Program-made: the position numbers and the translations under genes
Shown: positions 28,986 to 47,268 of the stretch, piece after piece
Position numbering within the stretch: the stretch's first letter is position 1
How the letters are laid out: every line of letters begins with the position of its first letter
Assembly: GCA_000320545.1 (NCBI GenBank)
Contig: ADNK01001577.1
Span: forward strand, 1 to 64,000
Length of the DNA: 64,000 nt
Origin: Bigelowiella natans CCMP2755
Taxonomy: Eukaryota > Protista > Cercozoa
Direction of reading: 5' to 3'
Notes under the pieces: model-generated
What the model was told of the DNA's origin: nothing
Database searches by the model: none
What the model saw: only the letters and a program-made list of their open reading frames with translations

Positions 28986-29642
28986 TGTTTGTGTGTATGT
29001 GTCGGTTTGGACTTAATCCTTACCAGCAAGCTTTTAGATCTTAGCATGGGGTCCATGATGTTGTCACTTTCAGATCCAAACGACACTGCTCCTAGCCCCT
29101 GGAAGGAGCAACAACGAAAGCGGCTCATCGCTCAAAAGACTCTTCTCTCACAAAAAGATAAATATGTGAATCGTGTATATGTAATATATATATATATATA
29201 TATAGTAATAAAACGGAAGGAAAGGCTCTACCCCAATTAAGATGTACATCAAGCAAATCGCCCAGATGGCCACCGTTGTCGCGCTCGCGAAACGAGCTGT
29301 AAAACGAAGAAAAGAAACGAATCACGAACACTTGCGTTGTTTGCAGTAGTAACGGTTTATTCGTCGGCAATTTTGAGATCTGGCATTGACCTCCTTCCTT
29401 GCAATCGGCGAAGAGAGAGGGAACGGCTATCACAATGCTAAAATTGAACACTGCGACACCGATGATCGACGATGGGTCGCTTCCGAAGTAGGAGGCATTC
29501 CCTGCAATCAATGAAATAGATAGTATGGATTGATATCTAAATATGTATCTACTCTGCCAATTAGTGCTCGATAGGGATAGAGGACTCACATAAAGATGGC
29601 TTTGCATTGAACACGCCCAACCACACATAGACACACATACAC

Positions 29643-29681
<39 letters not shown>

Positions 29682-30547
29682 TATAAATAACTAGCAGCAT
29701 TCGTGCTGCTGGCATCTTCCAACGCCCATATTCTCCCTTCCCCCCTCCTTCACGCCGAAAAGAGCGGAAGGGAAAACTAAAGGAATGCACTCGCACACAA
29801 CTTCACAAAAGCGCCGTTGGCACCTGTAATATCGCCATCCGAGGCGGCGATAACGTCCATTGTTATCGGAAGAATATGCAGGACTCCGGACAGCACAAAG
29901 CACGCGAGTAAGGAGAACGATATATACCTAACCACGCGTAGACACACACGCGCGCGGAGAAGTCACGATTTGCTCGAAGCACGGAATTGTTTGGTGGTCG
30001 CGCATTTGTGATGGCAAGGGGTTGCGTTGGGTGTTCTCCTTACTGGGGAAGTGTGTTGGCGGTGAGATCCAGGAGGCTGATATTGTTGTTATTGCTGTTC
30101 TTATTGTTGTTGTTGTTGTTGTTGTTTTTGTTATCGGCATCAACATCAAGTTCAGAGTGTTTTTATGCTTTTGAGTAGAGCTGTGTTCTTTTCGAGTGAT
30201 ACCCAGCAGGGGGGGGGGGGGGGTAAAGTTGATTATGATGAGGAGGAGGAGGAGGAAAGGGGGGGGAGAGAGAGGGAGGAGAGCAGCACATACCCCAAGC
30301 CGACGCATATTATCATCGCAACGACAAACCCAACGCTAACCTGAAGCAACACTCACTCTCAGATATATCGCCTTTATTATTTTTCCTTGAAGCTTCCGAA
30401 TGATGTATCTTGCAATAATTGTGTGCGCGCGCATGTGCTTAAAGAGACTACCAGGGATTGATTCACACCAAACGGCTGCAGAGATGCTGAAGAGCTAGAT
30501 ATGACCTCAAACGCAGGATAATACCGAACCGCAAAGGACTGTGTATG

Positions 30548-30621
<74 letters not shown>

Positions 30622-31295
30622 TCCTTATATGTCAATAATTGCGATATTTTACTTGGTGATGATGATGATGATGATGATGATGAAAGTACCCTTCCAGTAA
30701 GAGCAATAGCCATTGCGTCCAAAGCTTGAGCGGACACCTGATGGCGCACAACATACCCAACAAATCCTCTCATATCGACAAGAGACTTCTCCTTTTCAAG
30801 CACATTTTTGCATATTAGGAACAAGGCAGGGGTAAAGGGCGCTGATGTAGAAATGCTGAAGGAAACGCTCTCCTCTCCCCACCCCCCCCCCGTCGTGTTG
30901 AAGGTGGCTGGCTACCGTGATCTGGGCAATGGCGAGAGACCCCAGTGTAAGAGTTAGCATTATCAAAGCAACTTTGAATAATATAGAACATATACATGTT
31001 AAATGAATATTGTGTTTTCCATCGCTCCTTCTCTCTCTGGGAGAAAATGAGAGATTCACGAATATTGAGTCAATAATCCAACAACTTATAGACGATGCAG
31101 CAACTTTGCGGTTGGTGAGAAGATGATATGGGATTCAGCCCGCCCTGGAAATAGGCACAGTCCTTCCTCTCATTCTTATACGAATTCGTCTTATTTTTCT
31201 CTCTCCTCTGCTTCAATGCTACTACCCGTCTCCCACACAGGTCCAAAGTGAATTCGCATAAGATCAGTAAATTCCAATTCCATCCTAAAGAGTGT

Positions 31296-31333
<38 letters not shown>

Positions 31334-31911
31334 CCGCAAGTCATCAAGCATCGATCAACGATAATCGATAGTAAACTTACTCAAAGTCGAAAGTGGCAAT
31401 CTTGGTGGCGTGGATGGACTCCGCTAATATATAACCTGGTCCATTCACACACCATGTTTCAACGCTTTACATTTGCCAAACATACATATTCGTGCTACTC
31501 GTGCATTCTTACATGTCCTTGTCGTAACCCAAGCCATCACCGCGAGCGCCATTATTCCTGGAACCAGACCGCATTCTGCTAACGTCTGGCAAGATGGGGG
31601 GTAGATGTACAAACACATACACACACAACACACACACACACACACACACACACAAAACATAGTTACAAAACAAAACCAGAGCAAGAAACACATATTGGCT
31701 GCGAGATGTATGAATCTAATGAACGTAAGACAACAGGGCCACAAGAACAACGATCTTTAACAATATATATTAAATCATTTATCTGCCTTAGGTAAAGCCA
31801 GAAGTCCAGGGCCATTCATCGTATTCACGCACAAAATCTTTTCGAAGGGGCGGGGGAGGGGAAGAGGAGGAATTGGAAGAGGATCAATAAGTCGGTACGA
31901 CATTGTCTCCA

Positions 31912-31963
<52 letters not shown>

Positions 31964-32356
31964 ATATATTCACACTCTTCATTTAGGGAAAAAAAAGGCG
32001 CACAAACAATAATTTCCTGCACGCCGAACTTGTACTTTTCCTCTGGATCTACTACTCCTCCTAGCAAAGAGGTAATGAAGATGTTGGTGAATAATGATAA
32101 CAACGGTAAGAAGGATACAGGTGATAAGGATACTATTGCTGGTCGATCTGGGGTCTATATCAAAAAGGCTGGTTATTATTCGAAGATAAAGCGTATGGGG
32201 GGGGGGGGCGGGGGGGCTCGCTTCATTGTATATCGGCGACATGGTCACTTGGTAACGTACACAAGAATAGGAAGCGCTTTCTATCACAACTTTTACCTCC
32301 CCCACCCAACGAAGAAATTGAGACTCTTGATCCAGAGAGGCTGCTACCCCCTGCAT
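27700..32356 (-). CDS. Amino-acid transporter (Aa_trans/AAAP-type), multi-exon; both ends approximate
   Basis: Spliced motifs CVNTMNGPGLLALPK|TLAECGLVPGIMALAVMAWV, SSIIGVAVFNFSIVIAVPSL, FAFVWAIIPPLPIYTILISRNL, FTNYTMPLMI; several hydrophobic TM exons. Confidence 0.75.
28821..28860. repeat. Intronic 10-bp tandem repeat (aatagcatag) x4, last copy imperfect
   Basis: Directly visible. Confidence 0.85.
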
Positions 32357-33022
32357 TCAGCTTGCTGCTATGGAACCCTCCACCAGTGTTGCCTCGATTC
32401 TGTTTGACCCTAATTGCAGCACCGGACAGCCCATACCAGCACAAAAAGCTTCATTTTCGGATTACACTAAAAAGCATCGATGCCTATTCTAGACAGCGAG
32501 AAGTACCTCTGACTGGCTGTAGGTATTTCTAAGAGCGGGGTCCCTTCGCCTGAACATGCACGTCACACCTTAAAACTTCACAAACACCACGCCGCCCACG
32601 CATGGCAGCCTGGCCGGCCCCACCTGCAGAGTTGGCTTTCAACATATTTCCGTCGATGACCACAAGGTGGGGGAACGGCCGAAAGACTGCAAGAAAGATG
32701 GATTTCCCTTCCGAGTTTGTCTTTTCGGGGGAGGGGTTGGGTCGACGTGCCACAAGGAGGCAATTTATGTCATAAACGCAGACGATTATTTCCAGAAGAC
32801 ATTCCAATTACCGCGAATTTATTTACTTACCCCCCGCATTCAGCTTCACGATTCGCATTTTTATCGGCGAAACTACCAAAGGAAGTCGAAAGACTGTGCC
32901 TGCTTTGCCAGGCGAAAAAGTCAAGTTTTCCTGATGAAAACTTCATGATATTTTATGGATATTTTTAGTATAAAATTTTGTCTAAAGGACAGAGAGACGA
33001 GAGGCCCCCAGCTGAGCTCGCA

Positions 33023-36974
<3,952 letters not shown>

Positions 36975-37850
36975 TACGTAGCTCGTGGTCGCCACAAGGC
37001 CGCCTCTAGCGCCTGCATTAGTTGTTATGGCTCGATCTGTTGTGCGTGGTTGTTGCCTCTGCGCTGCTGCTATACTTCTCATTCGATCAGTAAGATAGAT
37101 AATGAAATGATTACATTTTTCATTTATTCTCATCGCGAACATATGTATATACGCGCACACATCGTCAGCATGGAATCTTCTGCTTTGCATGCTAGCATGG
37201 CTAGTAAATGGCTGCAACGCCGCGTACGTCTAGTAGGCGAATTCATGCGTAGTTCATTTTTATCCTTTGCGCCATGTAGTAGTCTACGCCCAGTGCTAGC
37301 AGTAATATGCAATATAAATTGCCGCCGATCTTAAGATTTGTGTGCAGCGATGAATGAATCTCTTTACAAGTATACGTACTAGCTAGCTAGCGTATAGCAT
37401 AGCAGGAAGCATGCACGATCGACGCAAGCTATAGCAACCAGGCAAGCATGCAGCTGTATGCGCGCTAGCGCGTACCTAGGTATGACAAAAAAAATGGATC
37501 CCTTGCGTCCACATGCTAGCATGGCTGTAGTGGCATGCTACACTAGTATATCTCAAGATGACGCCTTCATCAGCTAGTTATTTGCAAAACCAGACCTAGC
37601 AAACATCTAGATATGCCATGCTAGCACACAGCATGCTCACTGCGATGTACTACTAATCGTATCATCCATCATCATGCGGGGTCGCTGGCAACTGGGCTCG
37701 CACACAGCGGTTCTAACTTCTACCCGCTATGCTTTGTTCCCCCACCGAAACAACCCAAGGACGCACTAGAACGAAATCTGCAATGCCTACCACGCGCTCT
37801 GTTACCAACGCACACACGACGCTGTCAAGCTGCTCTTTCCACCACCAATT

Positions 37851-37987
37851 CTACGAGTACGTGACCAGGTGAGCGATGAGGACCACGGCCACCATTTGCA
37901 CTAATAACCTGTATATCATTACACCCAGCAGGCAAGGGAGACGCATTCACATCAGCACCCACCACGTTGGAAAGCATAGTGCGAGGG

Positions 37988-38022
<35 letters not shown>

Positions 38023-39643
38023 GGGGGGGGAGAGAGAGAGAGAGAGCGATCTTTTTCTCCCACGGATTATTCGATGCATAGCTCTGAGCACAATGCGACA
38101 CTCACTCACCTCACGACGCCTTGTACACAGCCGTGAGATGCCTCCGGCTCTATCGTTGCATCAACAGGGATGAGCACATACGACTTATCCATCGACGCCG
38201 ACACCTGAAGAACAACAAAACGGCAAGAGAAACACGGCTTCATATGACTGCACAACACTTACGTACAGAGTCGTAGTAAGTATCAATAAACATAGATATG
38301 AGTGTTAAATACATTACAGATCACGTACCAAAGTGTCACCAGCGCTTGTGAAGCATAGCGCCGTGCCTGAGTTATAACGCGCACAAATTTCTTCCCGTTA
38401 GCACAAGTTGACAAAGACCGCTCTCCGCACTCGATCCACGACATTATCTTAGCATCCCCCCCCCCCCTCCCCCCCTTCCCAAATGATAGATGCCTGGGGT
38501 TTTGGCTGATTGACCTGGCAGGTGGTGGCAGTTCTTTACCTCCCTGATTCGAGCCATCGTCAGCGTATTGATGACCTGAGGAAAACAACCGCGTTGATGC
38601 CATGAAAAATATGAGCATCACTCATCCTCCCCTCCCTCCTCTGCACAGACAAACAGTACATAACAACAATGCACAGGCACGACGGGTCAATATTCTATCC
38701 TTGTAGAGTCGTAAGAGGCCAACTCCTCCCCAAAGACGCGCAAAACGAGGCTGCAAGCGATGTCGCGGATAAAAATCGCCGGTACTCCTCTAGCACTGAC
38801 TCTTTTGCTAGCAACCACCTCCCTCCCCGATTTGTCTAAGGCCGATGCTTGTTGTTGCCATTGGAATCAGCCACCCCCTCCCCTCCCCCCCTCTTCTTCT
38901 TTCTCTCGTCAAGATCATCATTTTGTGATGATTTATTTTTTCATCATCAATCAATACGAATACGCCTCATGAGCTATACACTCACCACAACTGAGCCCTG
39001 GCTAGTGTTAAGAGCTACCGACACCCCGTCATTGCTGGTTTTCATGATGCGACAGGCATTTCAAACAAATAACGCTCATCAGGGGAAAGCAAATCGAGGA
39101 GAGCACGATCAAAGGAGGCAACATGCTTGTGCGCTTGTATTCGCTACCTGACCGAACACGATGTCACGGTCTCTTGAATCGCGCGCACAAGGCCAACAAT
39201 CTTGTACTCGTTGTTTTCGGTGCTAACTTTGGCCAGATAGCTCCACCCATTTCGCGCGGTTTCGACCTGGGGAGGAAGGGGGAAATTGGGGGGGGGGGGG
39301 GGGGGGTCAAAAAGACAACAACGCCCCCCAAAAGTCCTCCTCTCTCCCGCTTTGAATCATCAACGCAGCACCTGCTCAGCATCATCATCATCGTCGCTGC
39401 CATCTCCCGTTGTGCTCTGAGGCTGCATTTTATCGGTTGTGGAGGAGGTCGTTTCTGGGCCGTGTTTCTTCGGGGGAATGACCGTCCACGAATCGATGGG
39501 CTCAAACGACTCTCCCACAGAATCAGTCAGAAACGCGTACACCTGCATTGTAGGCGGAGAAATGAAGAGATGGCGATGATGATGCTGCTGATGCTGCTGA
39601 CAATGATGATAATATTCTACGAAACCATTTCAAGCAGGGATGG

Positions 39644-39689
<46 letters not shown>

Positions 39690-42332
39690 CACTGCCCTCC
39701 ATGCTGACGGCGATTTCCGACCCGCACGGATGCTCAGCGATGCAGTTGACTAGCTTATCGTTGCTATCAAACGTAGCAAACGGCACCAGAGCACAGTTCG
39801 GCCTCACATCGTAGATCTTGATGCCGCTGCCCACCCCCATTCCTTGGAGGAAAACAATGGTAGGAAGGAAGAGAGTTTGACACGATCAGATTGGGAGGAT
39901 GTGAAGAAGAATGGAATCGTATCATCACTATCATCAGCAGCAGGAGAAGGATAATCATGAAGTCTATCACCTGCCATGCCCCCTCCCCCCGCCAGGGCAA
40001 TCCTCCCATTCTTCATCCCAATTCCGGCGAAAATGGGGAGGTCGTCCTTCCAGTGTATCAAATCCTCCCCCTCAGAACGAGAACCTGTATTGAGGTTTTA
40101 TGCCGTGCAGATGTTAAGTCGGGTGAGCGGGGTGGGGGAGGGATTTGAAACCCAGATCTTCTCTATGATTTAGAACACCGAAAGCTAAACCCCCCCCCCC
40201 CCCCCCACACCCCCCTTCGCCGAATTTAATAGCATTACCACATCCGCAGTTACGACCGCTAGGTGGTAGGGGGACCATCATCTTCTTTCTTTCTCCCGGA
40301 TCAGCCATTTTGTAGCTGTGTGGTGGTGGTGATGATGATGATGATGATGATGAATTTGATGAATTTGATGATGACGAGGAGGACGATGCGTGTGTGCGTG
40401 TGCTGTGTGGAAAAATAACAATAAGACTAAAAACATGCGAAACTGTAACTTGATACTCGTACGATATACCACACACACACTCTATCCCTCCCCCCCCCCC
40501 CCTTCTCTCTGGTAAAGACCAAAACGATGCATGCATAAATATAACAAAGTCTGTTGGGCGAGGAGGAGGACTGACAGCATACCTTCCGACCTCCCTCGGA
40601 ACAGGCCCGAGGCCATAGAATGGAGATCCAGCGGTAGAGAACTCAGACAACGATGGGAAACCGTCCTTTGAACCCGAAGCAAATGACGACGTTAACGTCT
40701 TAATGTCGCTATCGATTGAGGTGTTGGAGGGCAGCATCCTTGCCCGTCTCTCCGAAGAAGAAGATGGCGGGACAATCTGAACGACGACACGATGGGAGGA
40801 TGATTGAGAGCATGAAATGGCGATGCTGGTGGCTGCGTTCTTCTTCTTCTTCTTTTTCATCATCATCATCATCTTCTTCTTCTTCTTCTTCTTCATCTTC
40901 TTCTTCTTCGTCGTTGTCATCTCTGCTGTGTTTTATTGAACGACTCTACGAATGCGTATTGGATGCACACACACACACACACACAACGCAAGTACCTTTC
41001 CAGGCGTAAGCGGTTTCGCGGGAGAAGGTGTCGGTTTGAAGCCTGGGGGAGGGGCATCTGAAGGCGGTTGTTGTTGTTGTTGTTGTTGTTGGGAGGATGG
41101 CGGAAGTTTGCTTGGGGAGAAGCTTGTCGCCGATTTCTGACTTCTCGTTGGAGGGGCTCCTACTCCTTTCTCACCATTCACCAACGCAGCAGCCTTATTC
41201 ACTGACTCGGCCTGTTCCGCCCCTGCCCCCTCTCCATCGTGGTTCTTCGTCATCTTCTTCTCCTCCTTTTTTTCGGTCGTTGGGGGGGCCGAGCGGTTCG
41301 GGGGAAGACCCCTTAACCTTCCTCCAGCAGTCCGGCGTGGGGGAACCATCACTCCTCTGGGAGGGCCTATTCTCCCTTTCAACAGGGGGCGGGGGGCCGG
41401 CCCCCCGCCCTTCCGCAGCGCCGCCGGTGTTTTCCTCGGCGGTGCTGCGAAGCGGGAAGGGGGCGGAAAGGGGGAGCTCTTCGACGCTGCTGAGGGTAGC
41501 AGCCCGTTTTGTTTGGGGGGGGGGAGACCAGCACCGCGGGGGGGTGGAAGCCCTCCTCCGCCGCCTCCTCCTAAGACAGGGTTAGCGTTGTTAGGAGTGG
41601 GGGCAATGACTGCTGCATTTTTATTAGCGGACAAGTCACCCTGCCCCATCCCCTGCGCCGGTGTTTCTTTTTTTGGAGGGTTTGTAGGGTTGAGGGCAGG
41701 GGTAGGCGCTGCTGGCATTGCTGCTGTGCTGCTCTTGCCTCCCCCTCTCTCCGTGTTCTCGCCACCATTCTTTTCCTCCTCTTGCTCCGATTCGTTTGCC
41801 TTCTTCTCGCTGTTGGTACTATCTCCGTCGTTGCCAGTCTTCGCGTCCTTTTCTTCTTTGTCCTTTGCAGGATCTCCACTGCCGCTAAGGTTGCTGCTTG
41901 CAGCCTTCAGGCTGCTACTGCTGCCTTCCCCCTCAGGCTTTGCACTTTGATCATCGCTACTCTTTCCTGTCGTTGGAGGTGGCAGGGGGCGCGGGGTCAT
42001 CTTCGCTCCTCGGAAGGAGGCAGGAGGAGCCCTCCCTCTCATCATCGGCTGCCCCCTCAGCATCGGTTTTCGCATAGAAGGCGGCATGCCTCGAAGGGGG
42101 GGGGGCATCATTCTTCCGCCGCGTTGAGCGGCTGTGCCTGGCCGCTGAGGCGGAGATCCTAAGAAAAATGGAAGGGGAGAAAAAGGGGGGGGGGGAAAAA
42201 AGGGGAGGGGAATTTAAAACAATCTTCTAAAGCCCTGTCACAAAGTAAAATCGGTAGCGTTTTTCACTGCAGATCTCAATATTTCCGCCTTGTTATTGTT
42301 TCATAGTTATATCTGGTTGAAACACTATATTT

Positions 42333-42363
<31 letters not shown>

Positions 42364-43759
42364 CTCCAAAGGCCCTGAATGGCCCTGCCAATGGACTCGT
42401 TCGTATGGAGCCGCTGCTTTCATTGCTTAGCGGCTTCTTTGGGGTAGAGGGATTAGGTGGCAGCATGCCACTAGAGCCTGAGGTGGGGGGGGGGGAGGGG
42501 GGGAGGATAATAATCATATCCATTGTTTCTGTCGTTTTCATGGAGAATTGGACTTTGGAAGAGAGAGAGGGAGAGAGAGAGAGAGTATTGTATTAGCCAG
42601 GAGAGCATCATACCAACCCTCACCCCACTATCATGTCCACAACACTCGAAAAGCGAGAGAATAGATCCATATAAACTCACCGCCTTGGACGGCAGCCGTA
42701 GAGGGGTTGTCGTCCTTCTTCACTGGTGCTGCTATGGCCTCCTTCTTATCGCTTTTCTCATCAGCTTGACTATTTTTCGCTCCATCGCTATTCTTAGGTG
42801 CTTCCTCACCGATATTGAGAGGCTCGGCCCCCTCAGAATCAGAATCTTGGGCAGGAACAGATGTCCCCTTCTTGCTTTTATCGTTACTACTATCGTTCTT
42901 TGCGTTGATCCCATCGGCCTTCTCCCCCCCCCCATCACTAGCAATGGGTGTCTGATTTATGGGCTGCATAATCGTCGCCTTAGGGGCTGGTGCTGACGAG
43001 GAAGTCGATGATGATGACTGGATATTGGTGGGTGGTGATTGGAAGGGGGAGAAGGAGGAGGAGGAGGGGGTTGCCGAGGAAGGAGGGGGTACTTTTTGTG
43101 CGCCCATGGTTGGAGGCATTGCTGCGGAGGAGGACGATGCTTCTACCGCGGGGGGGGGAGGGCCTGTGGTAACTCCCCCAGATCTTGGGGGTGGGGCAGC
43201 TAGTTTTCTCATCGGCCGGCTTGTGAACGGAGAAGCTCCAAATCCACGGAATTTCGAACGCGTTGAGGAGGCAGGAGGGGCTAATGCAGCTCGGGGTCTC
43301 GCTACAGGTTTCTTCTTGGGCATTGCATTGCGCACACGTGGTTTGGGTGCATTGCGGAGCTGAGGACGTGGCTTTCCCCGCAATAACGTAGCTCCACCTA
43401 CGAAAAGGTTGGAGGTGGGAAGACTACTAATCGAAGGCATCGGAGAGGTTCATGACTAAACCAGAGGCATCGGTGAACACAAGCGTGTGTTATTAAATGG
43501 GGAGGGGGGGGGGGGGGGGGGGGGTTCACATTTTTTTTTTTATGCATATGAAAATGCTGCCGCTGAACGAGACTTGGCGTGCGATTATTAATCGTTTGGG
43601 ATATGAACCGAAAACAGCAAAGTTATCCATCTATCGCAACAAACCTCCCGGTCTCGCAGCAGGGAGTCCTCCACCGGGGCGAGGCGGCGGCATACCGCCA
43701 CCCCCTCCTGGGCCACGGGGAGGGGGCAAGCCTCCGGGACGTTTCGGAGGCATAGACAT
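37851..43759 (-). CDS. SEC12/PREB-like WD40 beta-propeller with C-terminal TM anchor, preceded in frame by a ~700-aa proline-rich disordered region
   Basis: Propeller motifs SPFYGL, IFAGIGMK..GMGVGSGIKIYD (K-loop-like), VNCIAEHPCGSEIAV, NDGVSVALNTSQGSVV, KNCHHLP, VSASMDKSY, and terminal TM RLLVQMVAVVLIAHLVTYS*. Proline-rich exons from ATG 43759 splice in phase, and intron 40777-40995 joins TPGK|IVPP. Confidence 0.6.
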
Positions 43760-45213
43760 TCTGCTTTTTTTGGAGATTCGTCAGTCGAGCCTACCTTTTT
43801 CAAAAGAAAATGATAGCAGAATGTTGTCCAATTAGTTTGCTACAGTTGAGTGACTTAAATAGAAGAGAACATAGCCTAGCCCTCACGTCCCGTGGATAAA
43901 AGTAAATAGCTAATGCCGCTAAATGTAACGCAGACGAATCGCATCTAACCACAGCCTATACTGAATCGCAGAATAAATTTTAAAGTTGTTTCCACTTCCT
44001 TTCCCGACTCGCATGCAGGATATGCATTAACGCTTAACACTCAATGTGGTTCATCAACCAGGAATTTCTAAAACCCAAGGGGATATCCGAAAAAATGAAG
44101 AACGGGAAAGCACGATTCGATTATAAATTAAATATTTAATCATAGCCTAACCCCCCCCCCCCCCCACCACCACTACCTCCTGTACCTTGATGACGTTGCA
44201 AGTGCCTCCCTGTCTGTACGCTAGAAGCCGTGAGTTTTGGATTTGAAATATTAAATTTCATTTGTCGCTAATGTATTATTACCTTTGTTGCATAAGTTTC
44301 CGGTTGGTCACGGACATTGAAGTGCCGTTTGTTTTCTCAACTCCGTCAACTTAAATTTGTTGTCGATGTTAATTGTATTGATATAAATTACAAAGCCGAT
44401 AAATTAACAACATCTTCGAAATTTCTCTGATTTCCACAACAAAAGGCCATCGGCGATGCTAATCTTCCTTGTTTATTTTCATTTTTCTAACTGGCTAGTT
44501 TTGAAATTTATAAATCGGCTAGCCGCATTTTCTAAAATTGCAGCCTATTTTTTCGTTGCCGAAAAGTTTGAAAAATATCATTTACAATTATGATAATTAG
44601 GTGAATTCACCAAGTCCATAATCATTGTATTATTCCAACCTATCATGCACATCTGTAAAGATGACATTGAACAAATATAGGATATTTCATGAATATTTAT
44701 GCTAATTCACGTAGAATAGTTGAAATTCGACCGGAAAAGCAACCCCGTATTTTTTCGTAGATGGCCACACTAAATGTCTACGGATGAAGTAGCGCAGTCG
44801 CTCCCAACCTTGGTCATTTCCTATACCAATGATGAATTTTCAATGTAATTTAAACATATACAGCCGACATTGCACAAAATCATGATAATTTTCACGCCAA
44901 TTATGAAATATATATTTTATTACCGGAACTACGGGTAAAATCTACGGATGAATGAAACGCTGGATTAAAAATGTGTACATTTTATAGTGCTTTTATGATA
45001 TACGTCAAGTATATTTGGCACATTTTGCGGATGATGAAATGGAACATGATTCTGTAGAATTTTTGGATGAGCTTTATGAAACCGCAAAGTTTATTTTATG
45101 GAAAAAACTCTTGACGACTTGTAAAACCACGAATATTTGACCTATATTATCGCCTAATTTTGTACCTTTACAATTGAATAAAATATACTAGATCTGAAAG
45201 ATACTCGTTAGAA

Positions 45214-46317
45214 ATGGCTCCTCTACGCCTCTCCACCCTCTCGCTCCTTTTTCTGGTTCTATTTCAAGCCACACTCGCTGTAACAAGCAACTCAAAGTCT
45301 AAAAATAAGGTACAACTACACCATCTTAGAAACTTACATCATTTCGGACTTTGTTATAAGTTACGTTTTTATTTCAATCATGCAGTTGGGGGAGTTTAAA
45401 ACATCCCAGCATTATTGTCCTTACTATGTTCTCATTTCCTTTTGATTTATAACTTCATACAATTCCACTTGTTTGTATTCTCCAGTTTTCTGGATCAACC
45501 TTTTTAGCTGCTGGGTCTCCTGAATACACGGACTCATATGACACAACCTATGGAGAAGCATACGCTGATGAACCCTCATATGGCCTCGAAGATGATACCA
45601 CCTTCGATGAATACCGCTTCAAAAGGTGCGATGCGTAAGAATTTAAAAAATGAAAGGACATGCATGTACTATAAACTTTGCAGTCCTGCATCATCATTTT
45701 TTTTATCCCACCATACCATGTATCTCATAATTTTCTTCTCTTTCTCAGCCCCGTTGTCCGTAGAAGAAGGCGCAATTTGATGGAGACGGAGACTAGCGCT
45801 AACTCCCAATCCAATTCTCAATCACATTCACAGTCACAGTCAGGGGCAGGAATTGATCCAGTATGTCAAGCTGATAGCATTTCCTGAAATAACTAGTTCA
45901 TGAAAATCAATTGCTTGCGAAATGAGTTCTCAGAATTTGATTGCTCTGAATCTATAACTCATTGTATTTTCTGCTTGTATTTGATGTGCTCTACAAAAAA
46001 AGTCTGCTCTAATGGGAGGAAGCTCCTCGCAGGGCTTTATGGGATATCCCTTGTCAACCTGGCTCTTGATTGGGCTCGTCGTTTCTGTCATCGCAATTCT
46101 ATGCGTAGTCGGTATTTTCTTCTTCCGCAAGCATTTGGCAGCTGTGATCTCGTGCGTCGAGAACTCAATTTGGTATACGATCAAATATATGTGCATTCTC
46201 CCTGTTCAATATTTGATTCGGGGCTTGCGATGGGCCTCCTACCCAATTAAGGAGGGCTGTGTAGACTGCTGTAACAGCGTCAACAACTATTACAAGCCGT
46301 ACAAGATTACGAGTTGA
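45214..46317 (+). CDS. Small type I membrane protein (signal peptide, acidic/Tyr-rich ectodomain, RRRRNL basic site, single TM, Cys-rich tail)
   Basis: MAPLRLSTLSLLFLVLFQATLA signal, canonical introns, and TM WLLIGLVVSVIAILCVVGIFFF in ORF 46012..46317. Confidence 0.65.
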
Positions 46318-47153
46318 GATAACTAAGGGAGTCGATGAACGTTGTCCAAATCCACTTTAAAACAAATGATTCTAGATGGGCATAAGGACTAGTGAGTCCG
46401 AGCGTTCAGACTGCACCGCGTAGATCTTCATCGAGCTAGTTGGAGCTCAGAATTTAATGATGAGACGATGCATATTCCATGTGCCGTGAGTATGTGTACA
46501 ATTGTATTTTTGTAGTAAATAATTTTCGACACTTATTGCGATAATTAATTGACGAACGACATTTGCATGCATCTTGACGTTTGTGAGATCGAACCACATT
46601 GTGTAGGCTATGTGAGTTGCACAGCATAATATCGCAGCGCATGCGATGCATCGATGACAAACGAAAATGGAATGATACGATGTGCGCGCAAGCTAGATGC
46701 GTTGTGTTGCTCATAGTGACACTGCCACAAGTAGCATAGGCGAATTGCGCAATACAAGTGTTCTAGCAGGAGCTAGAGCCGAAAATTCTGACAATCATCA
46801 TGCGGTGTGATCTAGCTGTGCATGCTAGTGCGGCCACGCACGATCAATAAGTGAACCTGACGTGACGACGCAATGAGATCGCGCACCTGAAACACACCAC
46901 AATTGAGCACATGACCATCCTGATGGGCATGTAGCCGGGAACTCTAGGCATGACGAAAATTATAAAATGATCACGTACATATACGTGTAGCTGCGAAATT
47001 GCATGAGTGAAGTGCCTTCGAAATTTTGCGGGATTTGACTTTAGGCCTCAAATTTTGTCACAAATTGACCTCCAGCAGATTCAAAAATTGAGTTTTTTTT
47101 CTCGATCTAAGCCAAAACGTATTTTTTGCACACAAATCATGCAGTGCCGCTAC

Positions 47154-47268
47154 ATATTATAGGGAGCTAAAGTCCCTATACGTGTAGGCCGTCTACGACA
47201 TGTGTACATCGTATACTTCACATGTACCCTTAGCTACACATGTGCCGGGCTTAAAGTCCCTATAATAT
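47154..47268. mobile_element. Possible MITE-like element with 12-bp perfect terminal inverted repeats
   Basis: atattataggga (47154-47165) is the reverse complement of tccctataatat (47257-47268). An internal taaagtccctata (47168-47180) repeats at 47252-47264. Confidence 0.45.

Noticed and set aside
40777-40995. Poly-Lys or poly-Glu exon (start of ORF 40114..40920)
   Set aside because: A (GAA/GAT)n microsatellite; the better acceptor is at 40777 and the acidic frame soon hits a stop, so it is treated as intron.
44777-44952. 12-bp repeat tctacggatgaa occurring twice in the divergent gap
   Set aside because: Too short and only two copies; could be a promoter motif but is unsupported.
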